From positions 32,001-96,000 of the IMG/VR virus record IMGVR_UViG_3300042261_000588: 64,000 nucleotides of DNA. One strand, 5' to 3'. The DNA comes from a virus. Under the pieces are notes generated by a model, which had not been told where the DNA came from, made no database searches, and saw only the letters and a program-made list of their open reading frames with translations. How positions within the stretch are numbered: position 1 is the stretch's first letter; the number at the start of each line of letters is the position of its first letter. The position numbers and the translations under genes were made by a program. This document shows, piece after piece, positions 1-10,315 of the stretch.

Positions 1-37
1 GAATTTCGATGAGAGCAATAATAATTTGTGAGTGATT

Positions 38-913
38 ATGTCTACATGGACAAAAGAAAAGAAAGAGTTGTTCTATCATATCGCTCGACAGGCGGAGATA
101 GTAGTCGTCAAGGATAAAGATGTTGTTGCATTTGTATCCGAAGCTATTGGATTGACAGGCACTCAGGGTACGCAAGGACTCGAAATTTATAGAGGGAATC
201 CGGATGAGACTGGGTCGCAGGGATATCTGATGTGGTCTGAAGACGATCCAGCGCCTATTTTACCTTCTGAGAGAGTGCTTTTGTGGGCTCGAATATCGGG
301 TTCTGATTTGGTCTCCGGATTTAGATGGGTACCGTATACTATTTCATCTGACCCTGATGAAACAGCAGTTAAACCTCTTCGAGAGTGTTATTCCCCTCGG
401 GTTACTTATGATAGAACTAGTAACATGCTGCACTTATGGTTCTGGACGAATGTGAGTTGGAATTATACCGGAACGGAATATAATGAGGCAAATATTGTTC
501 CAATTGGATATAAGGATTATAATGGTCTAATCAATACGGCTGAAGATAAGATGACGTGTAAGAGAGTCTTGTGTTATGCAGTAGGCCAATTTGGACATTA
601 CTGGATCAATGGAGGATTGTTGGAAGGCTATCAAGGAGCCTTGGGACTTCAGGGCGTTCAGCAAGCGCAATATGACATGATTCCCGTTTTCACTAGGCCG
701 GTGATTATTACTAATTATCCTGTCACTGGATTGTCGGATGCTCCAGGATTAATAACGGATGGTTGGTATGATGCATTACAAGGGTTTCAAGGTGTGCAAG
801 CGGATAATATCTCGATCAACAAGAATACTACCGACAAGCTACAGATATATGGCTGGGAAACTGGCTTACCGTTAGCAGCCAAATCAATCGCTCAAATCCT
901 AATGGGGTTATAG
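38..913 (+). CDS. Hypothetical virion structural protein (tail-associated)
   Basis: Short G-x-Q-G collagen-like triplets (GTQGTQG, GYQGALGLQG, QGFQGVQ); directly upstream of a fibre-like gene. Confidence 0.35.
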   Translation: MSTWTKEKKELFYHIARQAEIVVVKDKDVVAFVSEAIGLTGTQGTQGLEIYRGNPDETGSQGYLMWSEDDPAPILPSERVLLWARISGSDLVSGFRWVPYTISSDPDETAVKPLRECYSPRVTYDRTSNMLHLWFWTNVSWNYTGTEYNEANIVPIGYKDYNGLINTAEDKMTCKRVLCYAVGQFGHYWINGGLLEGYQGALGLQGVQQAQYDMIPVFTRPVIITNYPVTGLSDAPGLITDGWYDALQGFQGVQADNISINKNTTDKLQIYGWETGLPLAAKSIAQILMGL

Positions 914-914
914 A

Positions 915-3821
915 ATGGCATTTAAGCTAATAACCCGTGTAGTCAAAAGTGGGGTAGTCTCGCTTGAGTATCTGCCATTAGCCCCTCTTACTGCTGGTTC
1001 CGCACACCCGCATTTGATGCCTGCGGTTGGTCCGTTATTTAAACATGGACATACATCTGCCATTGACCCTGCCATTCTTGTTCCAGAGCAATATGTGGAA
1101 GACCACGTTCACGATCTCGCAGGGTTCAAAAAACATACTCATCAGGTTGTTTTTGGTGATCATGTTGCCCATTCGCACGATAGCTCAGCCACAACGCATA
1201 AACACGAAGTTAGGTATGAGAGTAAGATTTACAAGTATTCTGTAACCCATATCACTGGTACAGATGAGCCAGTAGTTACCGAAGATGTTGGTGCGTCCGC
1301 TGCGTTTTACGTGCCTAAAGCAGACGGTGCATTATCAGCCGACACAACTTCTGAAACCATTGATGTTGCGTTGCGTGAGTGTCGAGACTTTGCCAACCCT
1401 ACAGTTGCTGAAAGTGAGCTAGACGGCGAGCAAACTGTAGATGGGACTACAGGCCCCTCTACAGCCCCTATTTACGCTAGGTATGAGATAGGTGATGCAG
1501 AGGTTAGTGCTGTTGGCACAGGGGGGCAATCTACCTCTTCTGATATGCACAAAGGGGTTATTGGAGCCTCACCGACAGTCAAGGTAACTACTGATGGGGA
1601 AAATAATAAGCTAGTTCAAGTGGATAGTGAGGGTAAGGTTGCCAGGTATTATGTCACTGGAGCCTATGATCCTGGGATAAATGCTTTATATACCAGATAT
1701 CTCGATACTAATATGTATGATGACCCAACGCATTCAAAAAGTATTGTAGTCTACCCTCATGTTATTAACATTTCGACCATTGTTAATGAGGGAGCTGATA
1801 CAAGCTACCTAAATGTATACTACAAAACCAGTTTAGATGATGTAGCTGGTGGTTATTCAAATTATCAGCATAACGATATTTTGACCGTAACAAACTCCAC
1901 GATTAATCCTCCGTCTGTGAACCTTGCTGGCAATTATGTAGTTACTGATGGCCATCTTGTTGAGTATGATACTTGGGCAGAAGGCGAGCTAGAAACTAAA
2001 ATACAGTTCGAGGATGGTACTGGTTTCGTGCTATCTCAGTATGATTATGGCACTGAAACTTATATTCCAAAATTCAAAAAAGTAACTACTGAATTTTGGA
2101 ACGCTACTGGAGAATATGTCGGTGTGGCTCCTGTTACTGGTTCTGTTATTGTTACCAGCACACCTATCACTGGTAATGTAAAGGCCAAATATGAGACGCC
2201 ACCTACCATAAAATATTCACAAGTTCAAGCGTTTAATCCTCTTCCGCACGAACACGATTTAACTGCTACACCAACTTTCTCCGACTTAACGCACGATCAT
2301 ATAGGAACTGCTGACTACATACATTCACATGGTGCATCTGTGCCAACCCATACGCACGAGTTTACCACTACTGTAGTTACTGACCACACACATAATGTAG
2401 AGATAACAGACCATTCGCACGAGCCTGTCCTTGCGGGTATATGGGATCACATTGATGTTTTGAGCAATGTTACGTTTGTCCGGGAGGATGAATTATCGCC
2501 TTGGGTTCTGGATAGCGTGGATACGGTTTCAGTACCATATCCAAGACCTACTGTTGGAGCGGAGGTAGCCGATGTTGAGTGGCCAGTTGGCAAGGCCGAG
2601 GACGTTGTGCTAGTAGTTGAATCCAGCGCACCACTCATTACTGCGGTAAACTTGACTTCCGCATTAGCGGTAGGAACTGGGGCGAATAGGTTTGTTACAG
2701 GTATATATACCATACCTGATATTCCCTACGAGTCAGACGCTTATGTGGCTGGTAGCCCGGAAGTAGCTTGGCAGGCTGTGGATAAAACTGTAGCTGCGAC
2801 GCATATTGGGGTTATTGGCGCAGTAGCAGGAACCGACGAGCAAAAGTCATTGGTAAGTCCGTATGACGAATTACACCAATTTTTGGCTAGAGAAGATGAT
2901 GGGGTTCTAGTCAGGGTTAAGTGTGGTAAATTGCCGTCTGGAGTAGCACATAGCCATACATACACAAACATAATCTACAATCTGCCTGATCATGGCCACG
3001 CCCTACGAGTTCATGGGCATACTGTAGAAGATTGGTATCTGCCATATAACCATACGCACGAACTGATATATGGTTATCCGCATACACATCCTGACTTAAC
3101 GGGTTTTGATACCTCAACACATACACACGGCAAAATTAGCTGTGATGATGGGAAACATACCCATGATGTTAATTTTAAGTTCTTAACAGCATGGCCTTAT
3201 GCAAGCGGGATTAAAAATGTGGTTGGTGACACATTTAATCTAATATGGTCAACCCACAATGTTTTATGCCCAGACCTGGCAAGCACTGATTTAACTGTTG
3301 AAACTGGTGTTGCCATAGTAGAAGAGGCGGACAGGTTTATTGGGCACGTTATAGTGAGTGGAACTATCAACCCTGATATGACAGGTAGTTACCAGACACA
3401 AGGTGACTCGTTACAGTATTGGCACGATGGATATTTAACTCCCCCAACTGCGTATTATATGCTAGTTGGTGTACCTGACGTTAGGTGGGGGCTACTATCT
3501 CCGCCTGATAGGGTTTTTGAAAAAGCATGGGATGCCGGCAATCCAGTTGGCACATACACTCCAACTGAAGGGACGGGAACTCCAGTTGTTAGTCTATACG
3601 ACGGTATGTCCATTGTCAGCGTATCTAACTCTAACGTGGCGTCTATTAACCCGTATTTTGCTACAGCTACATTAAGCGGGTACACAACAGTATCCGACGA
3701 TCCATTGTACTCTGGTTCTGCTGACCCGCACCCAGTTGAAGCCATAATGTATGCAGAAGGCGGGGCTGTGTCAGTAACTATGTCCGGGGTAGTTGCTGAT
3801 AAAATGCATTCAGGGATTTAG
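915..3821 (+). CDS. Tail fibre/needle-like protein with 19 HxH motifs
   Basis: 968 aa, rich in T/V/G/D; HxH motifs in three clusters (6, 6, 7) as in metal-bound trimeric fibre tips. Confidence 0.6.
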   Translation: MAFKLITRVVKSGVVSLEYLPLAPLTAGSAHPHLMPAVGPLFKHGHTSAIDPAILVPEQYVEDHVHDLAGFKKHTHQVVFGDHVAHSHDSSATTHKHEVRYESKIYKYSVTHITGTDEPVVTEDVGASAAFYVPKADGALSADTTSETIDVALRECRDFANPTVAESELDGEQTVDGTTGPSTAPIYARYEIGDAEVSAVGTGGQSTSSDMHKGVIGASPTVKVTTDGENNKLVQVDSEGKVARYYVTGAYDPGINALYTRYLDTNMYDDPTHSKSIVVYPHVINISTIVNEGADTSYLNVYYKTSLDDVAGGYSNYQHNDILTVTNSTINPPSVNLAGNYVVTDGHLVEYDTWAEGELETKIQFEDGTGFVLSQYDYGTETYIPKFKKVTTEFWNATGEYVGVAPVTGSVIVTSTPITGNVKAKYETPPTIKYSQVQAFNPLPHEHDLTATPTFSDLTHDHIGTADYIHSHGASVPTHTHEFTTTVVTDHTHNVEITDHSHEPVLAGIWDHIDVLSNVTFVREDELSPWVLDSVDTVSVPYPRPTVGAEVADVEWPVGKAEDVVLVVESSAPLITAVNLTSALAVGTGANRFVTGIYTIPDIPYESDAYVAGSPEVAWQAVDKTVAATHIGVIGAVAGTDEQKSLVSPYDELHQFLAREDDGVLVRVKCGKLPSGVAHSHTYTNIIYNLPDHGHALRVHGHTVEDWYLPYNHTHELIYGYPHTHPDLTGFDTSTHTHGKISCDDGKHTHDVNFKFLTAWPYASGIKNVVGDTFNLIWSTHNVLCPDLASTDLTVETGVAIVEEADRFIGHVIVSGTINPDMTGSYQTQGDSLQYWHDGYLTPPTAYYMLVGVPDVRWGLLSPPDRVFEKAWDAGNPVGTYTPTEGTGTPVVSLYDGMSIVSVSNSNVASINPYFATATLSGYTTVSDDPLYSGSADPHPVEAIMYAEGGAVSVTMSGVVADKMHSGI

Positions 3822-3969
3822 TTTACTATGAAATGAGTTTTGGAGTTCGACGTGTATAATTGTTTAAAGCATGGTGAGTGTTCATTGAAGTTGAAAGTTC
3901 GGGATATGAGTATTTGTTCTTGTAGTGATTACAAAGAAGTGGTGAAGTCTTTAAGCGTGAGGATTATTT

Positions 3970-4461
3970 ATGCCAATTGTGCTTTATGATGCGAGTCAGT
4001 TACATCCGGACGACCTGAATGGGATACTGGAGTCCGAGACGCAGTTATGCGGTATTGTGAACAATTATCCCGTAAGGAGATCAGCCGTGCCTTTTGAACC
4101 GATGGACATTTATGCAAATGACGACAGGACACTCAGAGTCTATGTCAAGACACCCGATCTGAATATCGTGAATCTGACCGGGGCACAGGGGCTTCTAACC
4201 GTCAAAACGGACAAGGATGCCACATCTGCAGTCATCACTAAAACGACCGCTTCCGAAACACAAGGAGAGATTGGATCAGCAGATCAGGGAGAGATGTTTT
4301 TCTATCTCGTGCCTACTGATACGGCATCGTTACCCATTCGCCAATATGTCTATGATGTTAAGGTGACATTATCTACTGGTAAAAAATATACCGTATTGGA
4401 GGGTGTCATCAACTTGATCGCTCCAGTCGGATTACATGGTGTCATCAATGAAGCCGGATAA
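3970..4461 (+). CDS. BppU N-terminal-like baseplate/Ig-like structural protein
   Basis: Pattern 'VNLTGA..LTVK...G.....L.PTDT..L....YVYDV......YTVLEG' typical of this phage domain. Confidence 0.55.
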   Translation: MPIVLYDASQLHPDDLNGILESETQLCGIVNNYPVRRSAVPFEPMDIYANDDRTLRVYVKTPDLNIVNLTGAQGLLTVKTDKDATSAVITKTTASETQGEIGSADQGEMFFYLVPTDTASLPIRQYVYDVKVTLSTGKKYTVLEGVINLIAPVGLHGVINEAG

Positions 4462-4516
4462 TCCTGCAAGCTCGGATCAATTCTGAGTATAATAGGGGAG
4501 CAGCGCAGGAGGTCTT

Positions 4517-7360
4517 GTGGCTTTTTTGAGTGTTGATTCAACAAATTCTTTGGTCGTATATGACGCTTACAATCATAGAGCCGTCATTGGCGATCTTGGT
4601 GGATACTGGGATGCCGATAAAAAGGCATGGGTAATCGTATTCACAATTGCCAATCTAGAAGGACTCTTGGATGCCATTCCTGATATTTCTGTGTCTGAAG
4701 ACCTGTCGAATAAGGTCAAGGAGCAGATGGAGAAGGAGGCTAAGCTCGAAAAACTAAGGGCTATGTCGAAGCAGGATGTTCCAGTGAGTCTTCGCATTCC
4801 TGGTATGAAGTTGCCATTGTATAACTATCAGAGGCTTGGGGTTATGTATGCGGCAACGAATCGGGTTGGACTGCTTCTAGCGGACGAAATGGGACTTGGC
4901 AAAGCCGAAGTTGTTGATAATCAAGTATTTACAACTACAGGACGCCGCAGGATAGGGAGCTTGAAGATTGGAGATAATGTAATAGGGAAAGACGGAAAAC
5001 CCCATTGTGTTGTTGGCGTTTATCCACAGGGGATGCAAGATATTTATCGGGTTTGGTTCAATGATGGGTTTTACCTAGATGTTGGACCAGAACACCTGTG
5101 GGAAGTAAGGTCAAACAACCAACACAACAAAAAAAGAACATCGAAGGGTGTTGTGTTATCGATGAGTCAACTTCTTGACAAGAATGGAGTTTCAAATAGG
5201 GTTGGCGAGGGACACAACAGAGATAAGGTATATGAGTTCAAGACATATTACAAGAAGTCTAACGGCGACAACAGTTGGGTAATACCAATGGTTGATGTTA
5301 TTGATTTTGAAAAAAAAGAAGTTTTGATGGACTCGTATCTTCTGGGAGTGTGGCTTGGAGATGGGCATATCTGTAAGAACGGGCATGTAATATTGAGAAT
5401 GCTAAAGACGGACTTGGAAGATATGCCTATTGGCGGGAAGACCCTATCCGGTAAGCGACCACATGTGCAATCTGTTTCGTTTGACATGTATAAAAAAGAG
5501 TTGGTCAATCTTGGTTTAAACGGAAAGAGAGCTTGGGAAAAGTTCATACCTGTCGACTATAAATACAATTCTGAAGAAGTAAGACTTGGAATCATTCAGG
5601 GGTTGATGGATACAAATGGTCATGCGGCAGATGGTGAGACCGAGTTTTCGACCAGTTCCAAGCAGTTGTGTGACGATGTGGTTGAGATTGTTCAAACGCT
5701 TGGCGGTATTGCAAGAGTGAGGACGAAAATACCGACATATTGGCATAAGGGAGTAAAGAAGACGGGAAGGACATCGTATAGGGTCAACATCAAGTTGCCT
5801 TCTGGTGTTGTTCCGTTTCGTCTATCTAGAAAGATTGCGGACTATGACATGTGCCGTAAGTATGCCCCTGAGCGATATATTTGTAATATTGAAAAACTCG
5901 CAGAAAAGAAAGAAACGGTTTGCATCTCAGTCGATGCGCCTGATAATCTTTATGTCACGGAACATTGTATTGTCACTCATAATACCCTCCAGGCTATCGG
6001 AACATCTCTATTCCTGAAGGCTTATGCTGGAGCCACAAAGGCACTCATTGTCACTCCGGCTTCACTCAAATTCAACTGGCCGTTGGAGATAGAAAAGTTT
6101 ACGGATGAGAAGTATGTAGTAATTGATGGAACACCCGAGGAGCGTGTCGCTCAATGGCTTCGTGAGGATGTGTTCTTTTACGTGGTCAACTTCGAGTTGT
6201 TGTTGGAGGACTTGTTCGGAGGTAGAAAGTTTAGAGAAAAGAAGGGTGAGTCAGACGAGGATAAGGAGAAAAGGCTTGCTAGGCATGAGAAGATTTCTGT
6301 TAAGGCTAAACAGAGGAGAGGAATACTAGACAGAGTTCGTAATAGAGTATGGGATATTATTGCAGTTGATGAGGCGCAGGCGATCCGACATCATTCTTCG
6401 AGCAGGACTAGGAATTTGAAGGAGTTGAAGGCCAAGTGTAGGATGGCTCTTACGGGAACTCCGATGGATGGAAGGCTTGAGGAGTTGCACAGTCTGATGC
6501 AGTTCGTGGCTCCTGGATTGCTCATGTCAAAGACTAGGTTCTTTCAACGGTATGTCGAGACCGACTTCTGGGGCAGGGTTACGGGATACAAGTGCATCGG
6601 CGAAGTATCACAGAAGATTCAGCCGTTCTTTCTTAGAAGGCTCAAGAAAGATGTGTTGAAGGATTTGCCTGACAAGGTTTATCACAACCGTATTGTTTCG
6701 ATGGATGCCAGTGAGCATAAAATTTATAAGTCTATTGCAGAGCAGGGGCATGAGGCGACAGAAGACGCTCTTGCCGTTGTTGCATTGATCAGGTGTAAAC
6801 AGTTCTGCAATTTGCCTAAGATGGTTGATCCTTCATGTACGACGAGTTCCAAGCTGGATGAATTCAAAGATGTAGTCGACGAGGTTGTGCTTCAAAATGG
6901 ACACAAGGCATTGATATTCAGCCAGTATAAGGAGATGCTGGATGTCATTGTGTCGGAATTGGAAAAGATGGGTATCAAGTATCTCAGAATTGACGGGGAT
7001 ACGCCTACAATACAGCGTGCTTCTATGCAGAAGCAGTTTAATGAGGATAAAGCTATTGACGTGATGGTTGGAACTGAGGCAATGTCTACTGGATTGAACT
7101 TCCAGTCTGCGGATTATGTCATCAACTATGATGATAACTGGTCTCCATCTATTATGGCTCAGCGTGAAGACAGAGCGCATCGGAATGGGCAGAGGAATGT
7201 GGTGACTATCGTGAACTTTATATGCCAAGACACAATCGAAGAGAGAATTCGTGGAGTAATCTATGCAAAGAGTCGAATGTCATCACAAGTTCTTGGTGAC
7301 GAGACTGAAGAACATATCCTGAAAAGATTGGGTCCTAAAGATTTGGCCAAACTATTGTGA
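4517..7360 (+). CDS. SNF2-family helicase/ATPase containing an intein
   Basis: YQRLG Q-motif, LADEMGLGK|T, DEAQ, LTGTP, LRRLKKDV, IFSQY, RIDG, GLNFQ, QREDRAHRNGQ. Confidence 0.95.
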   Translation: MAFLSVDSTNSLVVYDAYNHRAVIGDLGGYWDADKKAWVIVFTIANLEGLLDAIPDISVSEDLSNKVKEQMEKEAKLEKLRAMSKQDVPVSLRIPGMKLPLYNYQRLGVMYAATNRVGLLLADEMGLGKAEVVDNQVFTTTGRRRIGSLKIGDNVIGKDGKPHCVVGVYPQGMQDIYRVWFNDGFYLDVGPEHLWEVRSNNQHNKKRTSKGVVLSMSQLLDKNGVSNRVGEGHNRDKVYEFKTYYKKSNGDNSWVIPMVDVIDFEKKEVLMDSYLLGVWLGDGHICKNGHVILRMLKTDLEDMPIGGKTLSGKRPHVQSVSFDMYKKELVNLGLNGKRAWEKFIPVDYKYNSEEVRLGIIQGLMDTNGHAADGETEFSTSSKQLCDDVVEIVQTLGGIARVRTKIPTYWHKGVKKTGRTSYRVNIKLPSGVVPFRLSRKIADYDMCRKYAPERYICNIEKLAEKKETVCISVDAPDNLYVTEHCIVTHNTLQAIGTSLFLKAYAGATKALIVTPASLKFNWPLEIEKFTDEKYVVIDGTPEERVAQWLREDVFFYVVNFELLLEDLFGGRKFREKKGESDEDKEKRLARHEKISVKAKQRRGILDRVRNRVWDIIAVDEAQAIRHHSSSRTRNLKELKAKCRMALTGTPMDGRLEELHSLMQFVAPGLLMSKTRFFQRYVETDFWGRVTGYKCIGEVSQKIQPFFLRRLKKDVLKDLPDKVYHNRIVSMDASEHKIYKSIAEQGHEATEDALAVVALIRCKQFCNLPKMVDPSCTTSSKLDEFKDVVDEVVLQNGHKALIFSQYKEMLDVIVSELEKMGIKYLRIDGDTPTIQRASMQKQFNEDKAIDVMVGTEAMSTGLNFQSADYVINYDDNWSPSIMAQREDRAHRNGQRNVVTIVNFICQDTIEERIRGVIYAKSRMSSQVLGDETEEHILKRLGPKDLAKLL
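4904..5983 (+). mobile_element. Class 3 intein (360 aa) with LAGLIDADG homing endonuclease domain, inserted in the Walker A motif
   Basis: Splits GLGK|T; starts with Ala, ends VTHN before +1 Thr; W (EHLW), C (VCISVD), T (VTHN) triplet; LLGVWLGDG and IQGLMDTNG motifs. Confidence 0.92.
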
Positions 7361-7368
7361 GGTAATCA

Positions 7369-9072
7369 ATGTCGAGTTTTCATGATACGGTAGACCTGGA
7401 ACGGGCATTTCTTAAAGCTGTTACGAGCAGCATCATCATGGCTCGTTCTTATATTCATCAAGGTCGTGAGGAAATGTTTACCTCCGATCCCCGGAAGTTC
7501 ATCTTTGTTTTAGCAACGATGTCTTTAAATGATGCCAATTCTCTTTTGACTCGGCAGGTCTATGAATACGAGGTGAGATCAAGAGCAATTGACGAGGCAG
7601 ATTTCATTGGTGAGTGGAACATGATAGATGGTGTGTCGTCAGCCGATTCGCCAGAAGCTCTCTTGGCAAAGATTCGGGATGCTGATACGGGTCGTAAAGC
7701 ATTGAGGTTGTCAGAAGACGCCATTGATATGTTGTCGAAGGGCAGGATCAAAGAAGCTGTAGCATTTTTGAAGCGAGAAGCGATGATGATCGGTGGTAGT
7801 GATAAGGGGGATCGCCCTATGCTGCCACTATCAGACATGACACTTAGAATAAATCTGTATAAGGATCGTCTGGAGCATCCTGAAAAATATCAAGGACTGA
7901 AGATTGGATTTCCGACATTTGACAAATTTACTGGAGGATTGTTCCCCGGTGAGTTGACATTGATTGCGGGCGTTACGGGTCTTGGTAAGTCGACGCTTTG
8001 TCGTGCTATCGCCAGAAATATTGTTACTCTAAATGGTGCAAAAAATGTACTTCATGTTGCCAACGAGGAATATCTAGAGCAGGTTCAATATAAGTATGAT
8101 GCTTTGTTTATGGGTTTTTCATATTCCGACTTCAAGCAGGCGAGACTTAGTGAAGATGCGTTGGATCGTTGGCAGAAATTCATGCAGAAGGAAATGAAGG
8201 AATCTGGAGCCGGACAGATTTTTGTCAAGGAAGTTCCGGCATTTACGGATGTGTCTTTGGTCGAACAGCAATTCCGTATTCTGGAGAATCGTGGAATACC
8301 TATTCATGCTATCGTTATTGACCATCTCCCGCATGTGAAGCCGATAGAAGAGGCATGGGGTGAGAATGATGAGAGATTCAAGGCTGCCGTAGATTGTAAA
8401 GAGTTGGCTCGTGCGTTGAGAGTCCCTGTTGTAACTCCGACGCAGGCAGCCACAGAGGTTGAAAAGAAGCAGACGGCTGGTAAAAGAGCAGGCAAACTGG
8501 ATGTGTATGGCTCCAAGGGGCAGGTTCATGTCGCCAATACCTTTCTCATTATCACATATAGGGGCACGGACGATACTCAACAGGATTTGGAAGATTATCT
8601 TCGTGATGTCTATTGGTTGTGTGATGCTAAGAAAAATCGTGATGGACCACCGTTTTACTTTATGGCTAAACATAGGGTCAGGGATGGCTTTGTGGAGGAA
8701 ATCGTAGACCCTAGTAAGAAACCTCATAAAGAAGCCGCAGACGGGGTAAATTCAGCATTAGCGGAGGCAGAGGGCAATGATAAGGCTCCTACGGCTACTG
8801 CCTTGCCAGCGGCTTCTAATGCCCCTTCTAATCTCAATACGGGGCTACGAGACGCTCAGATGGCTTTTGTGGAGGCTATAGAGGGCAATCTTGAGGGAGA
8901 GGATGAGGTTCCAGCAGTTTCCGGTTTAGAGTCTCAGGGTATCGATTCGATCTTGTCAGAGGCGGCTGGAGAGGTGATGGGAGATATAAATCCTCCGATT
9001 CAAGAACCCGATGCTCCAAAATCAATGAGAGATAAAATTCGTGCCGCAAAGATTCCAATTCCGGGAGTATAA
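7369..9072 (+). CDS. dnaB: Replicative DNA helicase, DnaB-like
   Basis: GFPTFDKFTGGL, GVTGLGKS, IDHL, TQA, KNRDG; acidic low-complexity tail. Confidence 0.9.
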   Translation: MSSFHDTVDLERAFLKAVTSSIIMARSYIHQGREEMFTSDPRKFIFVLATMSLNDANSLLTRQVYEYEVRSRAIDEADFIGEWNMIDGVSSADSPEALLAKIRDADTGRKALRLSEDAIDMLSKGRIKEAVAFLKREAMMIGGSDKGDRPMLPLSDMTLRINLYKDRLEHPEKYQGLKIGFPTFDKFTGGLFPGELTLIAGVTGLGKSTLCRAIARNIVTLNGAKNVLHVANEEYLEQVQYKYDALFMGFSYSDFKQARLSEDALDRWQKFMQKEMKESGAGQIFVKEVPAFTDVSLVEQQFRILENRGIPIHAIVIDHLPHVKPIEEAWGENDERFKAAVDCKELARALRVPVVTPTQAATEVEKKQTAGKRAGKLDVYGSKGQVHVANTFLIITYRGTDDTQQDLEDYLRDVYWLCDAKKNRDGPPFYFMAKHRVRDGFVEEIVDPSKKPHKEAADGVNSALAEAEGNDKAPTATALPAASNAPSNLNTGLRDAQMAFVEAIEGNLEGEDEVPAVSGLESQGIDSILSEAAGEVMGDINPPIQEPDAPKSMRDKIRAAKIPIPGV

Positions 9073-9120
9073 TAGGCAAAGAAGGAATGCTATTGGGGCA
9101 ATCCGGTAACAATTAGGAGA

Positions 9121-10128
9121 ATGGGCATGACACAGGCAGTTGAACACGCATTGATTCGGCATCAGGAGATCGGAACGTCATTTGAAGGAGTTTATTATGT
9201 CGAGAGTGCGTTCGTTAAGCAGACGGTTCAGAAGAAGGATTTCACGGACCTCATGTTGCGGGACAGGTCTGGGGCACGGAATGTCAAATATTGGGGTCGG
9301 GTCGACGGAGTGGGAAAGGGTGATTACGTCTTCATCGCCGCCAACGTCGAAGAATACCAGAGCCATCCCAGTATCATCGCAAAGAATATCGAGAAAGCGG
9401 ATGTGCCGGAAGACTTGTCTCCGTTTATTCCCGTTTATGATGAGAATGGAGCGAGTGATAACGCTTCCCGCTTTGACTCGATCCGGGCAGAACTCGCTGA
9501 TATCGAGACAGTTACTGGCAATCAAACAGCAGGATTGATTGTTGATGAGGTTTACAAAAACTCAACATTTTTCTCCAAATTTATCGTATCACCGGGGAGT
9601 GGGCGTTCGCATTACGGTCGTCAAGGCGGATTGCTGGCGAATACCGTTCGTGTGGCTGCGGCAAGTCTTTTAGGAGCAGATTCCTATGGACTGGATGAGC
9701 AGGAGAAGGCAGTACTTCTGGCTTCGGCATTGCTCTCCCGGATCGGTGCAATTGAGGCGTTTGAGTTTCAGGATTGTATGCCCGTTGTGACGAAGAAGGG
9801 AATGCTTCTCGGGATCAACAATCTGACCATGAGCCGTATTTCGTCAGCTCTCAAGCGTGTCGTGTCTACTCTGAGCAAGGAAGGTAAGGCGGTAGACAAT
9901 GAAATTGTGATTCGGATTCTTCATGCGGTCACATCCCATGACGGGGTTTGCGTGAAGCCGATGACGAAAGAGGCGATGGTCCTGAATGCGGCTTTCAAGA
10001 CTGATGCCGAGATCGTGGATGCGATGGACTTCATTGCCGCCGACTTGAACAAGACGGAAGAGTTCACTGCATGGGACCCGTCAATGGGTCGCAAGTATTA
10101 CACTGGCAGCGTAAAGAGTGTTGAGTGA
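9121..10128 (+). CDS. YhaM/Cbf1-like OB-fold + HD-fold protein, metal ligands lost
   Basis: N-terminal OB fold (LRDRSG...KYW), SPG...HY...GGLL, SHDG, P.TKEA..L; HD dyad replaced by SR. Confidence 0.7.
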   Translation: MGMTQAVEHALIRHQEIGTSFEGVYYVESAFVKQTVQKKDFTDLMLRDRSGARNVKYWGRVDGVGKGDYVFIAANVEEYQSHPSIIAKNIEKADVPEDLSPFIPVYDENGASDNASRFDSIRAELADIETVTGNQTAGLIVDEVYKNSTFFSKFIVSPGSGRSHYGRQGGLLANTVRVAAASLLGADSYGLDEQEKAVLLASALLSRIGAIEAFEFQDCMPVVTKKGMLLGINNLTMSRISSALKRVVSTLSKEGKAVDNEIVIRILHAVTSHDGVCVKPMTKEAMVLNAAFKTDAEIVDAMDFIAADLNKTEEFTAWDPSMGRKYYTGSVKSVE

Positions 10129-10131
10129 TTT

Positions 10132-10315
10132 GGAGACCGAGAGCAGCGAGGGCTGAGCGGCATTAAGACGTAGCTAGAGGTCAACGCCTCTACTGACGGG
10201 TTTCAAGCCCGAAGGTATGCGTAATTTGAGCCGAGTATTCCGGCTTCGCAGGCGGGAGAATAATCGGCGTCGGCGTCATCTGGCATCAGAGCGACATGGC
10301 ATCTCTCGGTTCTTC
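10132..10315 (+). ncRNA. Candidate structured RNA, about 180 nt, unassigned family
   Basis: Closing stem 10136-10143/10303-10310 enclosing five hairpins in a GC-rich intergenic gap; strand assumed from the operon. Confidence 0.5.

Noticed and set aside
880-960. Frameshift or readthrough fusing the first two structural ORFs
   Set aside because: TAG-A-ATG is ordinary coupling; no slippery site, and the second frame is closed at 900-902
10193-10215. Hammerhead ribozyme core (CTGACGG...CGAAG)
   Set aside because: Two invariant positions deviate from CUGANGA/GAAA and no convincing stems I and III were found
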